From Candidatus Saccharimonadales bacterium (GTDB lineage: Bacteria > Patescibacteriota > Saccharimonadia > Saccharimonadales > UBA10212): 64,000 nucleotides of DNA. The notes under the pieces were generated by a model, which saw nothing but the letters and a program-made list of their open reading frames with translations, was not told where the DNA came from and did no database searches. The stretch's first letter is position 1; each line of letters begins with the position of its first letter. Positions 43,893-53,627 of this stretch are shown here, piece after piece. The position numbers and the translations under genes were made by a program. The DNA lies in contig DASTXL010000002.1 in NCBI GenBank assembly GCA_035758565.1, forward strand, positions 147,118 to 211,117, written 5' to 3'.

Positions 43893-45338
43893 ATGGCTGA
43901 ATTAGTTAAAAGATTTAAGCGGCCCGAGCTTTTCTTTTTGAGTTGTGCCGCCTTATTTGGCTTTTTGATGGTCGTTCTAACCCCGCCGATGCAAACCTAC
44001 GATGAACAGGACCACTTCTTCCGAGCATATCAATTGTCTACCTTTAATCTAAGACCAGATATCGTGTCCGAAGGCCCGGGAATTTCACCGTCTCAGGCTC
44101 CTGGCGGCAACTTGCCAGTCAATGTAGCTAAAATGGGCTACGGATACCTCTACTCAGTTCGGCTGGACGTTAATCATACATCCCACTATAAACTTGGCGT
44201 TTTGAAGAATAATTTTAAGAACCTGGCTTGGCTAAAAGTCGACAATAATCAAAAACAAGCGGCCTACTTTCCGGGGGCCGGAGCTTACTCACCAATTTCG
44301 TACTTACCGCAGATAGTCGCCATATGGTTGGGGCGCTTGGCTCACACGCCCATACTGTGGTTCTTCTATTTAGGTAGAATATTTAACCTGGCGGCCTGGA
44401 TTGCATTGGTTTATTTCGCCATAAAGCTGCTGCCGGTTGGCCGCTGGCTGATGGTGGCTATAGCTCTACTACCGGTATCACTCTTCCAGGCAGCTACTTT
44501 TTCGGCGGATGCTATGACTAACGGTTTGACATTCTTGGTTGTAGCCCTGTTTTGCTATTTGCTAGCCCAAAAAGAAGTTTCCAGAAAAGATCTCATAATA
44601 ACGCTGGCCGCAACTGGCGCTCTGTCGTTATGTAAGTCGGGTTTTTGGCCACTGGCCTTGCTGTTTTGGTTGATTCCGATCCGTAACTTTGGAAGCTCAA
44701 AAAAATATTTACTAAGCAACTTATCTATAACAGGCTTAAGCCTAGCCTTATTTGGCTTATGGTATTCATTGGTTAAATTCGTCATACCATATATGGCGGC
44801 GGTGCAAAGGGCGGGCGAAACTATTAATTATCAGCAGCAAGTTAAATATATAGAGGGTCACCCGTTTAGTTTTGTAGTGGTTTTATGGCACGAATATTTT
44901 AACAGCACTATGATTGGCGTACTTAAATACGGCGTGGGTATTTTGGGCTGGGGCGAGGCCTCAATTGGGCTGGCAGGCTTCCTGCTCATAATACTAGTGT
45001 TAGTTCTGGGCATTCTAATGGCCGTGACTGAAAAAAATAATTCTAATTTAAAGTGGCCGCAACGGCTAGGAAGCTTAATTATTGCTGCCGGACTGGTGTT
45101 GATGATGAGCATATCGCTTTATGCTGCCTTCACGCCGCTTCATTCTCGATCCATAGACGGACTTCAGGGGCGCTACTTTATACCTTATATAGCCTTATTG
45201 GTGCCGGTTTTTGGAGGAGTTTTGTACAAGTGGCGATCGAAATTGGCGGCAGTTAACCGCTACACGTTAGTAATGCCCACGGCTATTTTGATTTTAATGT
45301 GCTTAAGCGTAGCTGCTATTGTCGGGCGCTACTATTAA
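43893..45338 (+). CDS. DUF2142-like polytopic membrane protein (putative GT-C glycosyltransferase), paralogue 1
   Basis: The ATG at 43893 (MAELVKRFKRPELFF) is preferred over the track start at 43800. First-loop motif YDEQDHFFRAYQLS. More than 10 TM helices. C-terminal GLQGRYFIPY is shared with paralogue 2. Confidence 0.65.
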   Translation: MAELVKRFKRPELFFLSCAALFGFLMVVLTPPMQTYDEQDHFFRAYQLSTFNLRPDIVSEGPGISPSQAPGGNLPVNVAKMGYGYLYSVRLDVNHTSHYKLGVLKNNFKNLAWLKVDNNQKQAAYFPGAGAYSPISYLPQIVAIWLGRLAHTPILWFFYLGRIFNLAAWIALVYFAIKLLPVGRWLMVAIALLPVSLFQAATFSADAMTNGLTFLVVALFCYLLAQKEVSRKDLIITLAATGALSLCKSGFWPLALLFWLIPIRNFGSSKKYLLSNLSITGLSLALFGLWYSLVKFVIPYMAAVQRAGETINYQQQVKYIEGHPFSFVVVLWHEYFNSTMIGVLKYGVGILGWGEASIGLAGFLLIILVLVLGILMAVTEKNNSNLKWPQRLGSLIIAAGLVLMMSISLYAAFTPLHSRSIDGLQGRYFIPYIALLVPVFGGVLYKWRSKLAAVNRYTLVMPTAILILMCLSVAAIVGRYY

Positions 45339-45372
45339 CCAGCCGATTAACCTATAATTGTCTTTGAATATC

Positions 45373-46050
45373 ATGAAGAGTGTTTATGTTGTCATACCCG
45401 TTTATAACGAGGCGACTGTTGTCGGGTCGGTAATAGAAGAAGTCTGCAAGCAGTATCCCAACGTCGTTGGGGTGGATGACGGCAGCCGAGATAACTCAGG
45501 TGAAGAAATTAAGAAAGCAGGCGGCATTTTAGTGCAGCATGCCGTTAATGTCGGTCAGGGCGGAGCGCTTCAAACCGGCATTGACTACGCCCTGAAAGAC
45601 AAAGAGGCTGAATACTTAGTGACATATGACGCCGACGGACAACATAGTCTTAAAGACGTAGGCCACATGCTCGATGTAATCCAAAAGGAAAAGGTGGATA
45701 TCGTTTTGGGCTCGCGTTTTTTGGGCAAGACCGAGCGTTTATCCCCACTCAAAAAAGTAATCTTGAAGCTGGCTATCCAGTTCTCTAACCATACTTCAGG
45801 CCTTAAGCTAACAGATACTCATAACGGACTTAGGGTTTTTAATCGCCACTTTGCCGAGAATTTGAATATTCAAAACCCGGATTTTTCGCATGCCTCAGAA
45901 ATAATCGATAAAATCGCGCGCGGTAACTACAAATACTGCGAAGTCCCAGTCACGATCAAGTACACTGATTATTCTAAGGCCAAGGGCCAATCAATTTTTA
46001 ATGCTGTAAACATGGGTTTTGACATTTTGTTAGGCAGGATAATTAAATGA
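45373..46050 (+). CDS. GT2 polyprenyl-phosphate glycosyltransferase (GtrB/GacI/DPM1-like)
   Basis: VVIPVYNE...VDDGSRDNSG...TYDADGQH... Small soluble GT2 followed by a small membrane partner. The track start at 45358 is a TTG. Confidence 0.8.
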   Translation: MKSVYVVIPVYNEATVVGSVIEEVCKQYPNVVGVDDGSRDNSGEEIKKAGGILVQHAVNVGQGGALQTGIDYALKDKEAEYLVTYDADGQHSLKDVGHMLDVIQKEKVDIVLGSRFLGKTERLSPLKKVILKLAIQFSNHTSGLKLTDTHNGLRVFNRHFAENLNIQNPDFSHASEIIDKIARGNYKYCEVPVTIKYTDYSKAKGQSIFNAVNMGFDILLGRIIK

Positions 46051-46391
46051 TTATAAAGATTGTTATCATCGCTTTTGTACTAGCGGCAATGTTTTGGTTT
46101 CTGGCCAATAGGAACACGCATCAATCTAAAGCCTGGCAGAAAATCGGTATTATTTTATTAACAATCATTGCCGTGATCGTGGTTTGGATGCCCGACACTT
46201 CTAATAAGTTTGCGCACAAACTAGGAGTTGGTAGAGGAGCGGACCTGTTGCTTTATCTTTTGACGCTAGCCTTTATCTTCGTGGTTTTGAACACTTACAT
46301 TAAAAGCAAAGAGGAGCAGCGGCGAATGGTTAAGATCGTACGACGTCTGGCTCTACTTGAAGCCTCTATCAATAAAAAAAATGAACGCTAG
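46047..46391 (+). CDS. small 3-TM membrane protein (DUF2304/GacJ-like partner of GT2)
   Basis: 114 aa with three TM helices and a basic C-terminus. ATGA-coupled to the GT2. Confidence 0.6.
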   Translation: MIIKIVIIAFVLAAMFWFLANRNTHQSKAWQKIGIILLTIIAVIVVWMPDTSNKFAHKLGVGRGADLLLYLLTLAFIFVVLNTYIKSKEEQRRMVKIVRRLALLEASINKKNER

Positions 46392-46791
46392 GCTTGCCGT
46401 TACTCTAAAGAATTCACCACAAGCTCGGTTTCTCATTGTTGGTTCTATGACAGTAGTCGTCGAGTATGTGGTTTTTTATATCCTTTACGTTGGCCTTAAC
46501 TGGAACTTGTTTTTAGCAAATTCCCTGAGTTTTGCAGTCGGTTTATCAATGAGTTTTATGTCTAACCGTTTATGGGCGTTCAAAAAAGACGAGTTTGAGC
46601 GGCCGGCCCACCACCAAGCAATGATTTACGCCGCTTTGGCCGTCACTAATCTTGTTGTTAATAACTTGATTGTTGGCGGTTTGAAAAGTGCTGGACTCGA
46701 TCCAAGAATTGGCAAGGTGGCCGCTATCGCCGTAATTGCGGTTTGGAATTTCTTTGTCTACAAACATATTATTTTTAAAGAAAAGCACTAG
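46381..46791 (+). CDS. GtrA-family membrane protein (polyprenyl-phosphate-sugar handling)
   Basis: RFLIVGSMTVVVEYVVFYIL...SFMSNRLWAF matches the GtrA pattern. The track start at 46357 is a TTG; the ATG at 46381 is preferred. Confidence 0.75.
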   Translation: MNARLAVTLKNSPQARFLIVGSMTVVVEYVVFYILYVGLNWNLFLANSLSFAVGLSMSFMSNRLWAFKKDEFERPAHHQAMIYAALAVTNLVVNNLIVGGLKSAGLDPRIGKVAAIAVIAVWNFFVYKHIIFKEKH

Positions 46792-46855
46792 CGTCTTAAA
46801 AAGCAGCTTTCGGTCTGCTAAAATAGAGCTAAATCTTAGGGGGATTTAAGCTAAA

Positions 46856-48283
46856 ATGGCCCAAGCCTACGGGTATCTGGCAGCTGGCGTAAAAAAATTC
46901 TTCGCTAACCCAGTTCAAAAATATTTTTTCTGGACTGCCTTAGTGTTTGGGCTTTTATTCTGTATAGTTACGCCCCCGTTTAATGTTCACGATGAAGACA
47001 CGCACATGTACCGTGCGTATCAAATATCTCGCGGGGATTTTGTTAGCAATAAAATCCCCGGCGGGCTGGGCGGCCAAATACCGGCGAGTATTGTTGTAGA
47101 CGCCACCGATTACCGCGCAAATTATTTTGGCAAAAACGAGAAAATAAATACAGCTAGATTTCATAAAGATTGGAATGCGCCACTTAAGGCTTCGGACACC
47201 GTGCCGATCCATTTTGAAAACACTGCACTTTATCCACCAGTAGCTTACGCGCCTCAGGCCATTACTATAAGAATCCTAAGTCACTTTGATCTATCGCCGC
47301 TGAAACTTTTGTATATTAGCCGCATTGCTACGTTTTTGGTGTGGCTGATTCTAGCCAGTCTGGCGGTATATTTTATGCCGACTAAAAAAATCCTACTAGC
47401 AGGCATTTTGCTTCTGCCGATGTCCATGTTCCTAGCGGGATCAATATCGGCCGATGCTTTATCAAACGGCCTCGCGGCTCTAACGGTTGCGTATTATTTA
47501 GCTGCAATTGTCAGCCCCGAAAAGAAAATTGGCTGGCGTCAAGCTGCCTTAATGGTACTAATGTCGGTTTTGCTGGGCTTGGTCAAGCAGCCCTATTGGT
47601 TGGTGGGTTTGCTCAGCGTACTATTGCCATCTCAGAAATTTGCTTCGAAACGCGATGAGGTAATTAAGAAAACCTTAATTATTGGAGCACTGATTATAGT
47701 GGCCGGTACTTGGATTATCTTAAGTAAGCATATCTTTGCGCCATATCGCCACGACGTTGTTATTGACCCAAATGGTCAGTTATCGTTTGTCTTTAGTCAC
47801 CCGCTTACCTTTATCAGGACCTTATGGAACACTTACGTAACCGCCAATGGCAGTGGTTTTATACGAGAATTTGTGGGCGTTCTAGGCGCTGGCATGTTGC
47901 AGCTGCCTGTTTGGGTGAACTATCTGACCATTCTTTCACTTAGCTGGTATGCTCTAGCACCGGACAAAAGGTTCCCTAGTATTACGCACCGGACAAAAAG
48001 TGTCTTCGTCATCATTGCGGTAATTTTTGCTGGAGCTGTCAGCCTACTCCTCTATACTAACTGGACGCCAGTCGGCGAAGAGAAAATAGAAGGCCTGCAA
48101 GGCAGGTATTATTTGCCAATTGCCATGGTGCTCATACCGGCTTTTATCAATGTAGATCGCTTACGGGTCAAGGAAGGAAGACTGACTAAGCCTGCCTTTG
48201 GCGTAATGATTCTGGTTCTGACTACTGCCATAATCTGCTCTGTCCAGTTTAACTATCAAGTGCTTGACAGGTTCTTGAGTTAA
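46856..48283 (+). CDS. DUF2142-like polytopic membrane protein (putative GT-C glycosyltransferase), paralogue 2
   Basis: HDEDTHMYRAYQIS first-loop motif and GLQGRYYLPI near the C-terminus, parallel to paralogue 1. GGGGGA SD upstream. Confidence 0.65.
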   Translation: MAQAYGYLAAGVKKFFANPVQKYFFWTALVFGLLFCIVTPPFNVHDEDTHMYRAYQISRGDFVSNKIPGGLGGQIPASIVVDATDYRANYFGKNEKINTARFHKDWNAPLKASDTVPIHFENTALYPPVAYAPQAITIRILSHFDLSPLKLLYISRIATFLVWLILASLAVYFMPTKKILLAGILLLPMSMFLAGSISADALSNGLAALTVAYYLAAIVSPEKKIGWRQAALMVLMSVLLGLVKQPYWLVGLLSVLLPSQKFASKRDEVIKKTLIIGALIIVAGTWIILSKHIFAPYRHDVVIDPNGQLSFVFSHPLTFIRTLWNTYVTANGSGFIREFVGVLGAGMLQLPVWVNYLTILSLSWYALAPDKRFPSITHRTKSVFVIIAVIFAGAVSLLLYTNWTPVGEEKIEGLQGRYYLPIAMVLIPAFINVDRLRVKEGRLTKPAFGVMILVLTTAIICSVQFNYQVLDRFLS

Positions 48284-48284
48284 C

Positions 48285-49877
48285 ATGCTGCCTAGACTGT
48301 TCGCTGCCGTCAGAAGCCATGTGTTTATTACTGTTCTAGTAGCGGTATTTTTGTTGATCGGGATTGCGTTTTCGGTGACTTGGTACCGTTATCAACTAAA
48401 TCCAGATGCCAGTTCCTATTTCACCATCGCTTATAAATACGCCCACTTTAACATCAAAGACGCCCTAAACGGCTATTGGTCGCCGCTACTTTCTTGGCTG
48501 CTAGTGCCTGCAGTCTGGTTGCACATTGGTTTATCGGCAGCGGCCAAAATACTGACAATCTTTATTAGTGGAATTATTTTAACCATTGTCTATGCTTTTT
48601 TGGTGCGCCGCGGCTCTTCTAAAACCTTAGCAACAATGGTCTGCCTATTTTTGGCGGCACTGTTGCTTGATTGGGGTATGGTAGGGCCAATCACGCCTGA
48701 TCTGCTAATGGCCTTAATGATCTTGATGTTTACTCTGTTGCTCAATAGCTACATTAGTTTGCCAACCCGCAACAAGGCGTTGTTGCTGGGTGCTAGCGGT
48801 GCTTTGATGTACTACGCCAAAGGCTTAGGCTTTTACTTATTTTTGTTCTGTTTGCTGGCTGTAGTTTGTTGGCAGTGGCTGCTTGCCAGAAAGGAGCTTA
48901 AAAAATATGCTCGCCTGCACCTAATCGCGCTGGCTAGTTTTTTAGTTATCTGTGCGCCGTTTATTATCGCCGTTTCGGCAAAATACAATGCGCCCACGAT
49001 CAGCACGGCCGGTTCGTTAGATCACAAGGTTTTTGGACCTTACTACCAGGGTAATTTGTATCCGGAATTGTTTGCCGGGCCGCTGCCGCCGCCCAATGCC
49101 TCGGCCGTGACACCGGGCGAGGACCCGGGCGCCAGCTTTGACTTAAGCAAAGGTGCCTGGAGCCCTCTGTCGTCTAGCGGCAACTTTAAGTATTTTATGA
49201 AGTCGGTTGTCTGGAACAACGGCATAAAAACACTGAATTTCTTCAAGGACTTTGGCGTTTTTATAGTGCTTGCAACGGTGATTACTTTGATTGGGTGTCT
49301 AAAACAGACCACTTATCGGCGGGAATTCGTGATTTTTAGCTTGGTTGGCGTGCTGCTTTGTTTAGGCTACTGCTTAATCTATACAGAGGCGCGTTATGTT
49401 GAAGCGGCCGTTTTCTTGGCGCTGCTTGGCGCCGGTTTGTGGTTGTCGAGTCTGCAAAAGCGTAACCTACTAAACCAAGCGCAAATTATAGTGACTGGTC
49501 TTTTGGTGGCTGGCTTTGCCTCTATTTCTACGGCTCACGCCATTAATCAAAACCGTTATGTTGACAGGGCTCAATCTGATTTAGCGGCGAGCCTTAAGGC
49601 AGATTTGCCACCAGGTTCAAACATCATCTCCGATCAATATTCTTCCTACTTTGTGTGCTATTACCTAAAGCTGCATTGTTACGGCAACATTTATCTTGCA
49701 GGCCAGAACGACGACCAATACTACCAAAAAATCAAAGACTCTCACATCACTTATTATCTGGACTATCATAGTCAAGACAGCGACTCTAGGTTAAATGCAT
49801 TTGTGACCGATTACTTTAATCACCTGCGCGACCAAGCCTGGGCCGGCGGTACGCTAAGCATCTACAAAATTAATTAG
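48285..49877 (+). CDS. GT-C fold membrane glycosyltransferase (ArnT/PMT-like)
   Basis: 530 aa. About 10 or more N-terminal TM helices followed by a soluble C-terminal domain, the typical GT-C architecture. Early loop YRYQLNPDASSY. Confidence 0.55.
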   Translation: MLPRLFAAVRSHVFITVLVAVFLLIGIAFSVTWYRYQLNPDASSYFTIAYKYAHFNIKDALNGYWSPLLSWLLVPAVWLHIGLSAAAKILTIFISGIILTIVYAFLVRRGSSKTLATMVCLFLAALLLDWGMVGPITPDLLMALMILMFTLLLNSYISLPTRNKALLLGASGALMYYAKGLGFYLFLFCLLAVVCWQWLLARKELKKYARLHLIALASFLVICAPFIIAVSAKYNAPTISTAGSLDHKVFGPYYQGNLYPELFAGPLPPPNASAVTPGEDPGASFDLSKGAWSPLSSSGNFKYFMKSVVWNNGIKTLNFFKDFGVFIVLATVITLIGCLKQTTYRREFVIFSLVGVLLCLGYCLIYTEARYVEAAVFLALLGAGLWLSSLQKRNLLNQAQIIVTGLLVAGFASISTAHAINQNRYVDRAQSDLAASLKADLPPGSNIISDQYSSYFVCYYLKLHCYGNIYLAGQNDDQYYQKIKDSHITYYLDYHSQDSDSRLNAFVTDYFNHLRDQAWAGGTLSIYKIN

Positions 49878-50298
49878 TTTGGAGGTCGGGCGTTGATAGC
49901 AATCGTCGCCGAGCAAAAAAACTCCAAAAGAATACGCCGAGCAGCGCTAGTAGTTTGGACTTTAAATAAAACAGACCAACAGCTGAAGTAAAGAACCAAA
50001 TAATAACTAAATTAAGGCCAAGGCCAACAATGCCGATTATCAAAAACATAATAATTTCGACGTGGCGACGGTAAGCGGATCGCGAAAAAACCCAGACCGT
50101 ACTCAGCAGGTAGTTTAAAATTAGCGATATTAAAAACGAGGCAGTGGCCGAAAGCAGGTAAAACCAGTGCAGGTAGTGGGTGAAAATAAATAGCAAACCG
50201 GTGTCGACTATGGCAGCGGCTACCGCCACAAAGCCATATCGGAAAAACTGGATTACAAGAGCGTCGGAATTGCGAACAAGAATCTTCGATAAATCCAT
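49870..50298 (-). CDS. GtrA-family membrane protein (second copy)
   Basis: QFFRYGFVAVAAAIVDTGLLFIF...STVWVFSR matches the GtrA pattern. 4 TM. Confidence 0.75.
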   Translation of the reverse strand: MDLSKILVRNSDALVIQFFRYGFVAVAAAIVDTGLLFIFTHYLHWFYLLSATASFLISLILNYLLSTVWVFSRSAYRRHVEIIMFLIIGIVGLGLNLVIIWFFTSAVGLFYLKSKLLALLGVFFWSFFARRRLLSTPDLQTN

Positions 50299-50373
50299 GC
50301 CTCATCATTTTAACTGCTTTAGGGATCGCTGTGTAGCCTTGTCTAAAAAACTTATATAAATTAATCTTAAAGA

Positions 50374-51303
50374 ATGCTGGTTAAAAATCTGCTGGACGTG
50401 TTCCGGCCTAAGCGCTGGTACCGTAATTTAATGATGATCATCGGCGTGCTCATCGCTGTAAAAGTTCTCAATTTAGACATTTCCCAAACCTTTGGTGGAA
50501 CTAATAGTTGGACGTTTGTGGCCGCTCTAGTTTCGCTATGTTTGATCGCTTCGGCCAACTACGGCATCAATGAGGTGCTAGACGCGCCGTTTGACGCTAA
50601 GCACCCACAGAAAAAGCATCGGGCCATTCCGTCGGGCCGAATTTCGGCTAAGCTTGTAGTTTGGATTTCGATTGGACTATATATACTAGGCATGGCCGTG
50701 GTGGCACTTACCACTAAGTGGCCGCTAATCGCTTCGGTATTCCTGCTTTTGCTCAGCGGCATAGTTTATAACATTCCGCCTATTAGATTAAAAGACCGCG
50801 CTTACGTGGACTTTACCACCGAAGCTCTTAATAACGCTATCCGCTTAATGATCGGTTGGTACGTTATAGCCAGTAGCAGCCAGTGGGTGCCGGCGTCCTT
50901 TGTGCTGGCTTATTGGTTTATCGGGGTCTTTTTAATGGCTTCTAAACGCTTTGGCGAAATCCGTTTGATTGGTGACAGGAAAGCCGCTGGTGAATACCGC
51001 CGCAGCCTAGCCCATTACGATGAAGAGCATTTATTAATGTCGATGATCGGCGCCCTGGCAGCCTGTTATTTTATGGTCGGTTTCTTGTGCTTTAAGTACA
51101 GCGTCGATATTGTTATTGTCCTGCCATTTATGGTCGGTTGGGTAATCTGGTTCTTTAAGCTGGCTTTCGAAGACAACACCATTGTTAAAGATCCGGAACG
51201 TATTTTTGAAAAAAAAGGCTTTTTGTCTTATAGCTTGCTAACCGGCATATTGTTTGCCTACTTTTTCTTTAGTGGCAGCCAATTTCTTAACTGGATAAAA
51301 TAA
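50374..51303 (+). CDS. UbiA-superfamily prenyl/phosphoribosyl transferase (decaprenyl-phosphate phosphoribosyltransferase-like)
   Basis: First Asp-rich motif NYGINEVLDAPFD (NxxxDxxxD). 8-9 TM. Operonic with a HAD phosphatase and a PRPP synthase. Confidence 0.65.
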   Translation: MLVKNLLDVFRPKRWYRNLMMIIGVLIAVKVLNLDISQTFGGTNSWTFVAALVSLCLIASANYGINEVLDAPFDAKHPQKKHRAIPSGRISAKLVVWISIGLYILGMAVVALTTKWPLIASVFLLLLSGIVYNIPPIRLKDRAYVDFTTEALNNAIRLMIGWYVIASSSQWVPASFVLAYWFIGVFLMASKRFGEIRLIGDRKAAGEYRRSLAHYDEEHLLMSMIGALAACYFMVGFLCFKYSVDIVIVLPFMVGWVIWFFKLAFEDNTIVKDPERIFEKKGFLSYSLLTGILFAYFFFSGSQFLNWIK

Positions 51304-51899
51304 TGGCTAAACCGGTACTCGCTGCCTTTGATTTTGACGAAACGCTTATAGCTAAGGATAGTCTGCTGGATTTTCTACGATACTCATTCAACACCCCAAC
51401 ATTTTTAATTAAGAGTGCGTGGTTTATCCCAACCCTAGTTGCTTTTAAGACAGGCAGGATTAGTAACTCAGAAGCTAAGCGCCGGTTACTCACTCTGTTT
51501 TTGAAAGGTATGGACGATAAAAGATTTGGCCTACTCTGCGAGGCTTATGTCAACCGTTTAGAAATTATTAAAAATCCAGAAGCCATCGAGCGTCTGCGGT
51601 GGCACGCCAAAAAAGGCCACAAAACAATAATTATCAGCGCCTCGGCCGAAGATTGGATTAAGCCCTGGGCGGCACGATATGGCGTAAGCGATGTGATCGC
51701 CACCAAACTTGAAAGAAAGCAGGGCAAGCTTACCGGTAGCTTATCCGGCAAAAATTGCCACGGGCCAGAAAAGATAGTTCGCTTGCTAAAAGATTTTCCG
51801 GACCGCGGCAATTATGAATTATATGTTTACGGCGACGGCAAATCCGATCAAGATCTTTTTAAGGTTGCCGACCGAATTTTCGAAAAAAAGTTTGCCTGA
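51303..51899 (+). CDS. HAD-superfamily phosphatase (HAD-IB/SerB-like)
   Basis: Motif I AAFDFDETL. IIISAS (motif II). GDGKSD (motif IV). Overlapping start and stop codons on both sides. Confidence 0.8.
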   Translation: MAKPVLAAFDFDETLIAKDSLLDFLRYSFNTPTFLIKSAWFIPTLVAFKTGRISNSEAKRRLLTLFLKGMDDKRFGLLCEAYVNRLEIIKNPEAIERLRWHAKKGHKTIIISASAEDWIKPWAARYGVSDVIATKLERKQGKLTGSLSGKNCHGPEKIVRLLKDFPDRGNYELYVYGDGKSDQDLFKVADRIFEKKFA

Positions 51900-52813
51900 T
51901 GGACACAGAAGTTATTATCAAAACAGCTTCTGGAGCAGAAAGAGTTAGTGTCCTGTTTTCGGAGTTCCCAGATCAGGACAGTCACTGTGTTGTGGAGGAT
52001 TGCGACAAAGTTGCCGACAAGCCAGTACTTATTATGCACAGTCTCTACCCCGATCAGAACAATCAACTCGTTAAGCTAGTTCTACTTTTAAGCGCCCTTA
52101 AAGACGCCGGTGCTGTTAGTGTGGCCGTTTTTGTTCCGTATTTGCCCTACAGCCGTCAAGACAAAAAACATGTCGCCGGCGAAGCTGTTAGTTTGGACGT
52201 TGTTCTGTCGTTTATGGCGAACGCCGGCTGCGACCAGCTTTATACGATCGATTGCCACTTTATGAAAGGAGCCGCTCAGTGCGAGCGGGCCGGACTCAGT
52301 ATTAAGAATTTTTCCGCAGGCAAAAGATTGCTCGATCACTGTCGAAGCGTTCTGAGCAACGAAGACCTGCAGATTATTGGTCCTGATGAAGGCGCTAAGT
52401 ATCTTCTAGACGGCACCCGTAGTGGGCATATGAAAAAGCTGCGGGGTGGTTATGGAGAGCTTGCTAAAGGCAACAGCTACCGTAAGATTGCCGAGCTCAA
52501 AAGCGAACACCTCGATATAACTTGCGGAGACATAGTCATCGTCGACGATATGATAAGCACCGGCTCGACTCTTATTAAGGCCATTGATAATTTAAAAAAT
52601 CAGGGAGCAAAAAACATTTCTTGCGTAGCGAGCCACGGTCTATTTATAGGCGACGCCTACCAAAAAATAAATAAACTTTGTTCAAACATAGTCGTCTCGG
52701 ACACGATTAATCACTTGAAATCGGTGCCGGTTGTTGACGATTTACTTATTGAAAAGATAATTCCTGATTGGTTTAAACTAGACCCAGCAAGTACTGACCA
52801 TACCCGGATTTAG
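51899..52813 (+). CDS. prs: ribose-phosphate pyrophosphokinase (PRPP synthase)
   Basis: [14 protein letters not shown] (divalent cation/ribose-5-P site pattern) and PRPP-binding loop [14 protein letters not shown]. Confidence 0.85.
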   Translation: MDTEVIIKTASGAERVSVLFSEFPDQDSHCVVEDCDKVADKPVLIMHSLYPDQNNQLVKLVLLLSALKDAGAVSVAVFVPYLPYSRQDKKHVAGEAVSLDVVLSFMANAGCDQLYTIDCHFMKGAAQCERAGLSIKNFSAGKRLLDHCRSVLSNEDLQIIGPDEGAKYLLDGTRSGHMKKLRGGYGELAKGNSYRKIAELKSEHLDITCGDIVIVDDMISTGSTLIKAIDNLKNQGAKNISCVASHGLFIGDAYQKINKLCSNIVVSDTINHLKSVPVVDDLLIEKIIPDWFKLDPASTDHTRI

Positions 52814-53627
52814 TGAGCGGCTGAGCTAACTCTTTGAGCTTAGCGTCGTCGATAAAACCCTGGCGCCAGGCAGCTTCCTCTATGCAGCCAATTTTGATAC
52901 CTTGACGCTCTTCGATAACTTGCACGAACTGGGCAGCCTGATTAAGCGTGGCAAAGGTGCCGGTGTCGAGCCAAGCGGTGCCACGGTCTAGTAGCTGAAC
53001 TTTGAGCTTGCCGGCTCGCAAATAGGCGTTGTGGAGCTCGGTGATTTCAATCTCTCCACGAGCCGATGGTTTAACATCTTTGGCGTAATCAACAACATCG
53101 TTATCGTAAAAATATAATCCTGGAATGGCGTAGTTCGATTTTGGTTTTTCTGGTTTTTCTTCGATGGATAAAACGTTCATATCCTTGTCGAACTCCACGA
53201 TGCCGTAACGCTCTGGGTCGGCGACTTGAGCGCCAAAAATATAACCACCATCAACGTCGGTTAAACTTTTTAGGTCGCTAAGTTGGCTGCCGTAAAAAAT
53301 GTTATCGCCTAAAATCATGGCCACCTTGTCATTGCCAATAAAGTCGGCGCCAACTATAAAGGCGTCTGCCAAACCACGGGGCTCATCTTGGACTTTATAG
53401 CTAAAGGAGCAGCCGATCCGGCTACCATCGCCCAGTAACTGTTCAAAGCGGGGCAAATCGTGCGGCGTAGAGATAATTAGAATTTCTCGTATGCCTGCAT
53501 CGATCAGTGTTGTTAACGGGTAGTAAACCATGGGTTTGTCATAAAGCGGGATAAGCTGTTTACTAACGCCCATAGTAATTGGATAAAGTCTGGTGCCAGA
53601 TCCTCCGGCTAAAATTATGCCCTTCAT
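52773..53627 (-). CDS. rmlA: glucose-1-phosphate thymidylyltransferase
   Basis: [18 protein letters not shown]...C-terminal YGQYLL. Confidence 0.93.
   Translation of the reverse strand: MKGIILAGGSGTRLYPITMGVSKQLIPLYDKPMVYYPLTTLIDAGIREILIISTPHDLPRFEQLLGDGSRIGCSFSYKVQDEPRGLADAFIVGADFIGNDKVAMILGDNIFYGSQLSDLKSLTDVDGGYIFGAQVADPERYGIVEFDKDMNVLSIEEKPEKPKSNYAIPGLYFYDNDVVDYAKDVKPSARGEIEITELHNAYLRAGKLKVQLLDRGTAWLDTGTFATLNQAAQFVQVIEERQGIKIGCIEEAAWRQGFIDDAKLKELAQPLTKSGYGQYLLGLV

Noticed and set aside
52773-52813. 41-nt convergent overlap of the prs and rmlA 3' ends
   Set aside because: Both C-termini look genuine (rmlA ends with the usual YGQYLL region). An overlap of convergent genes in a compact genome needs no special explanation. 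It only implies that no terminator hairpin lies between them.
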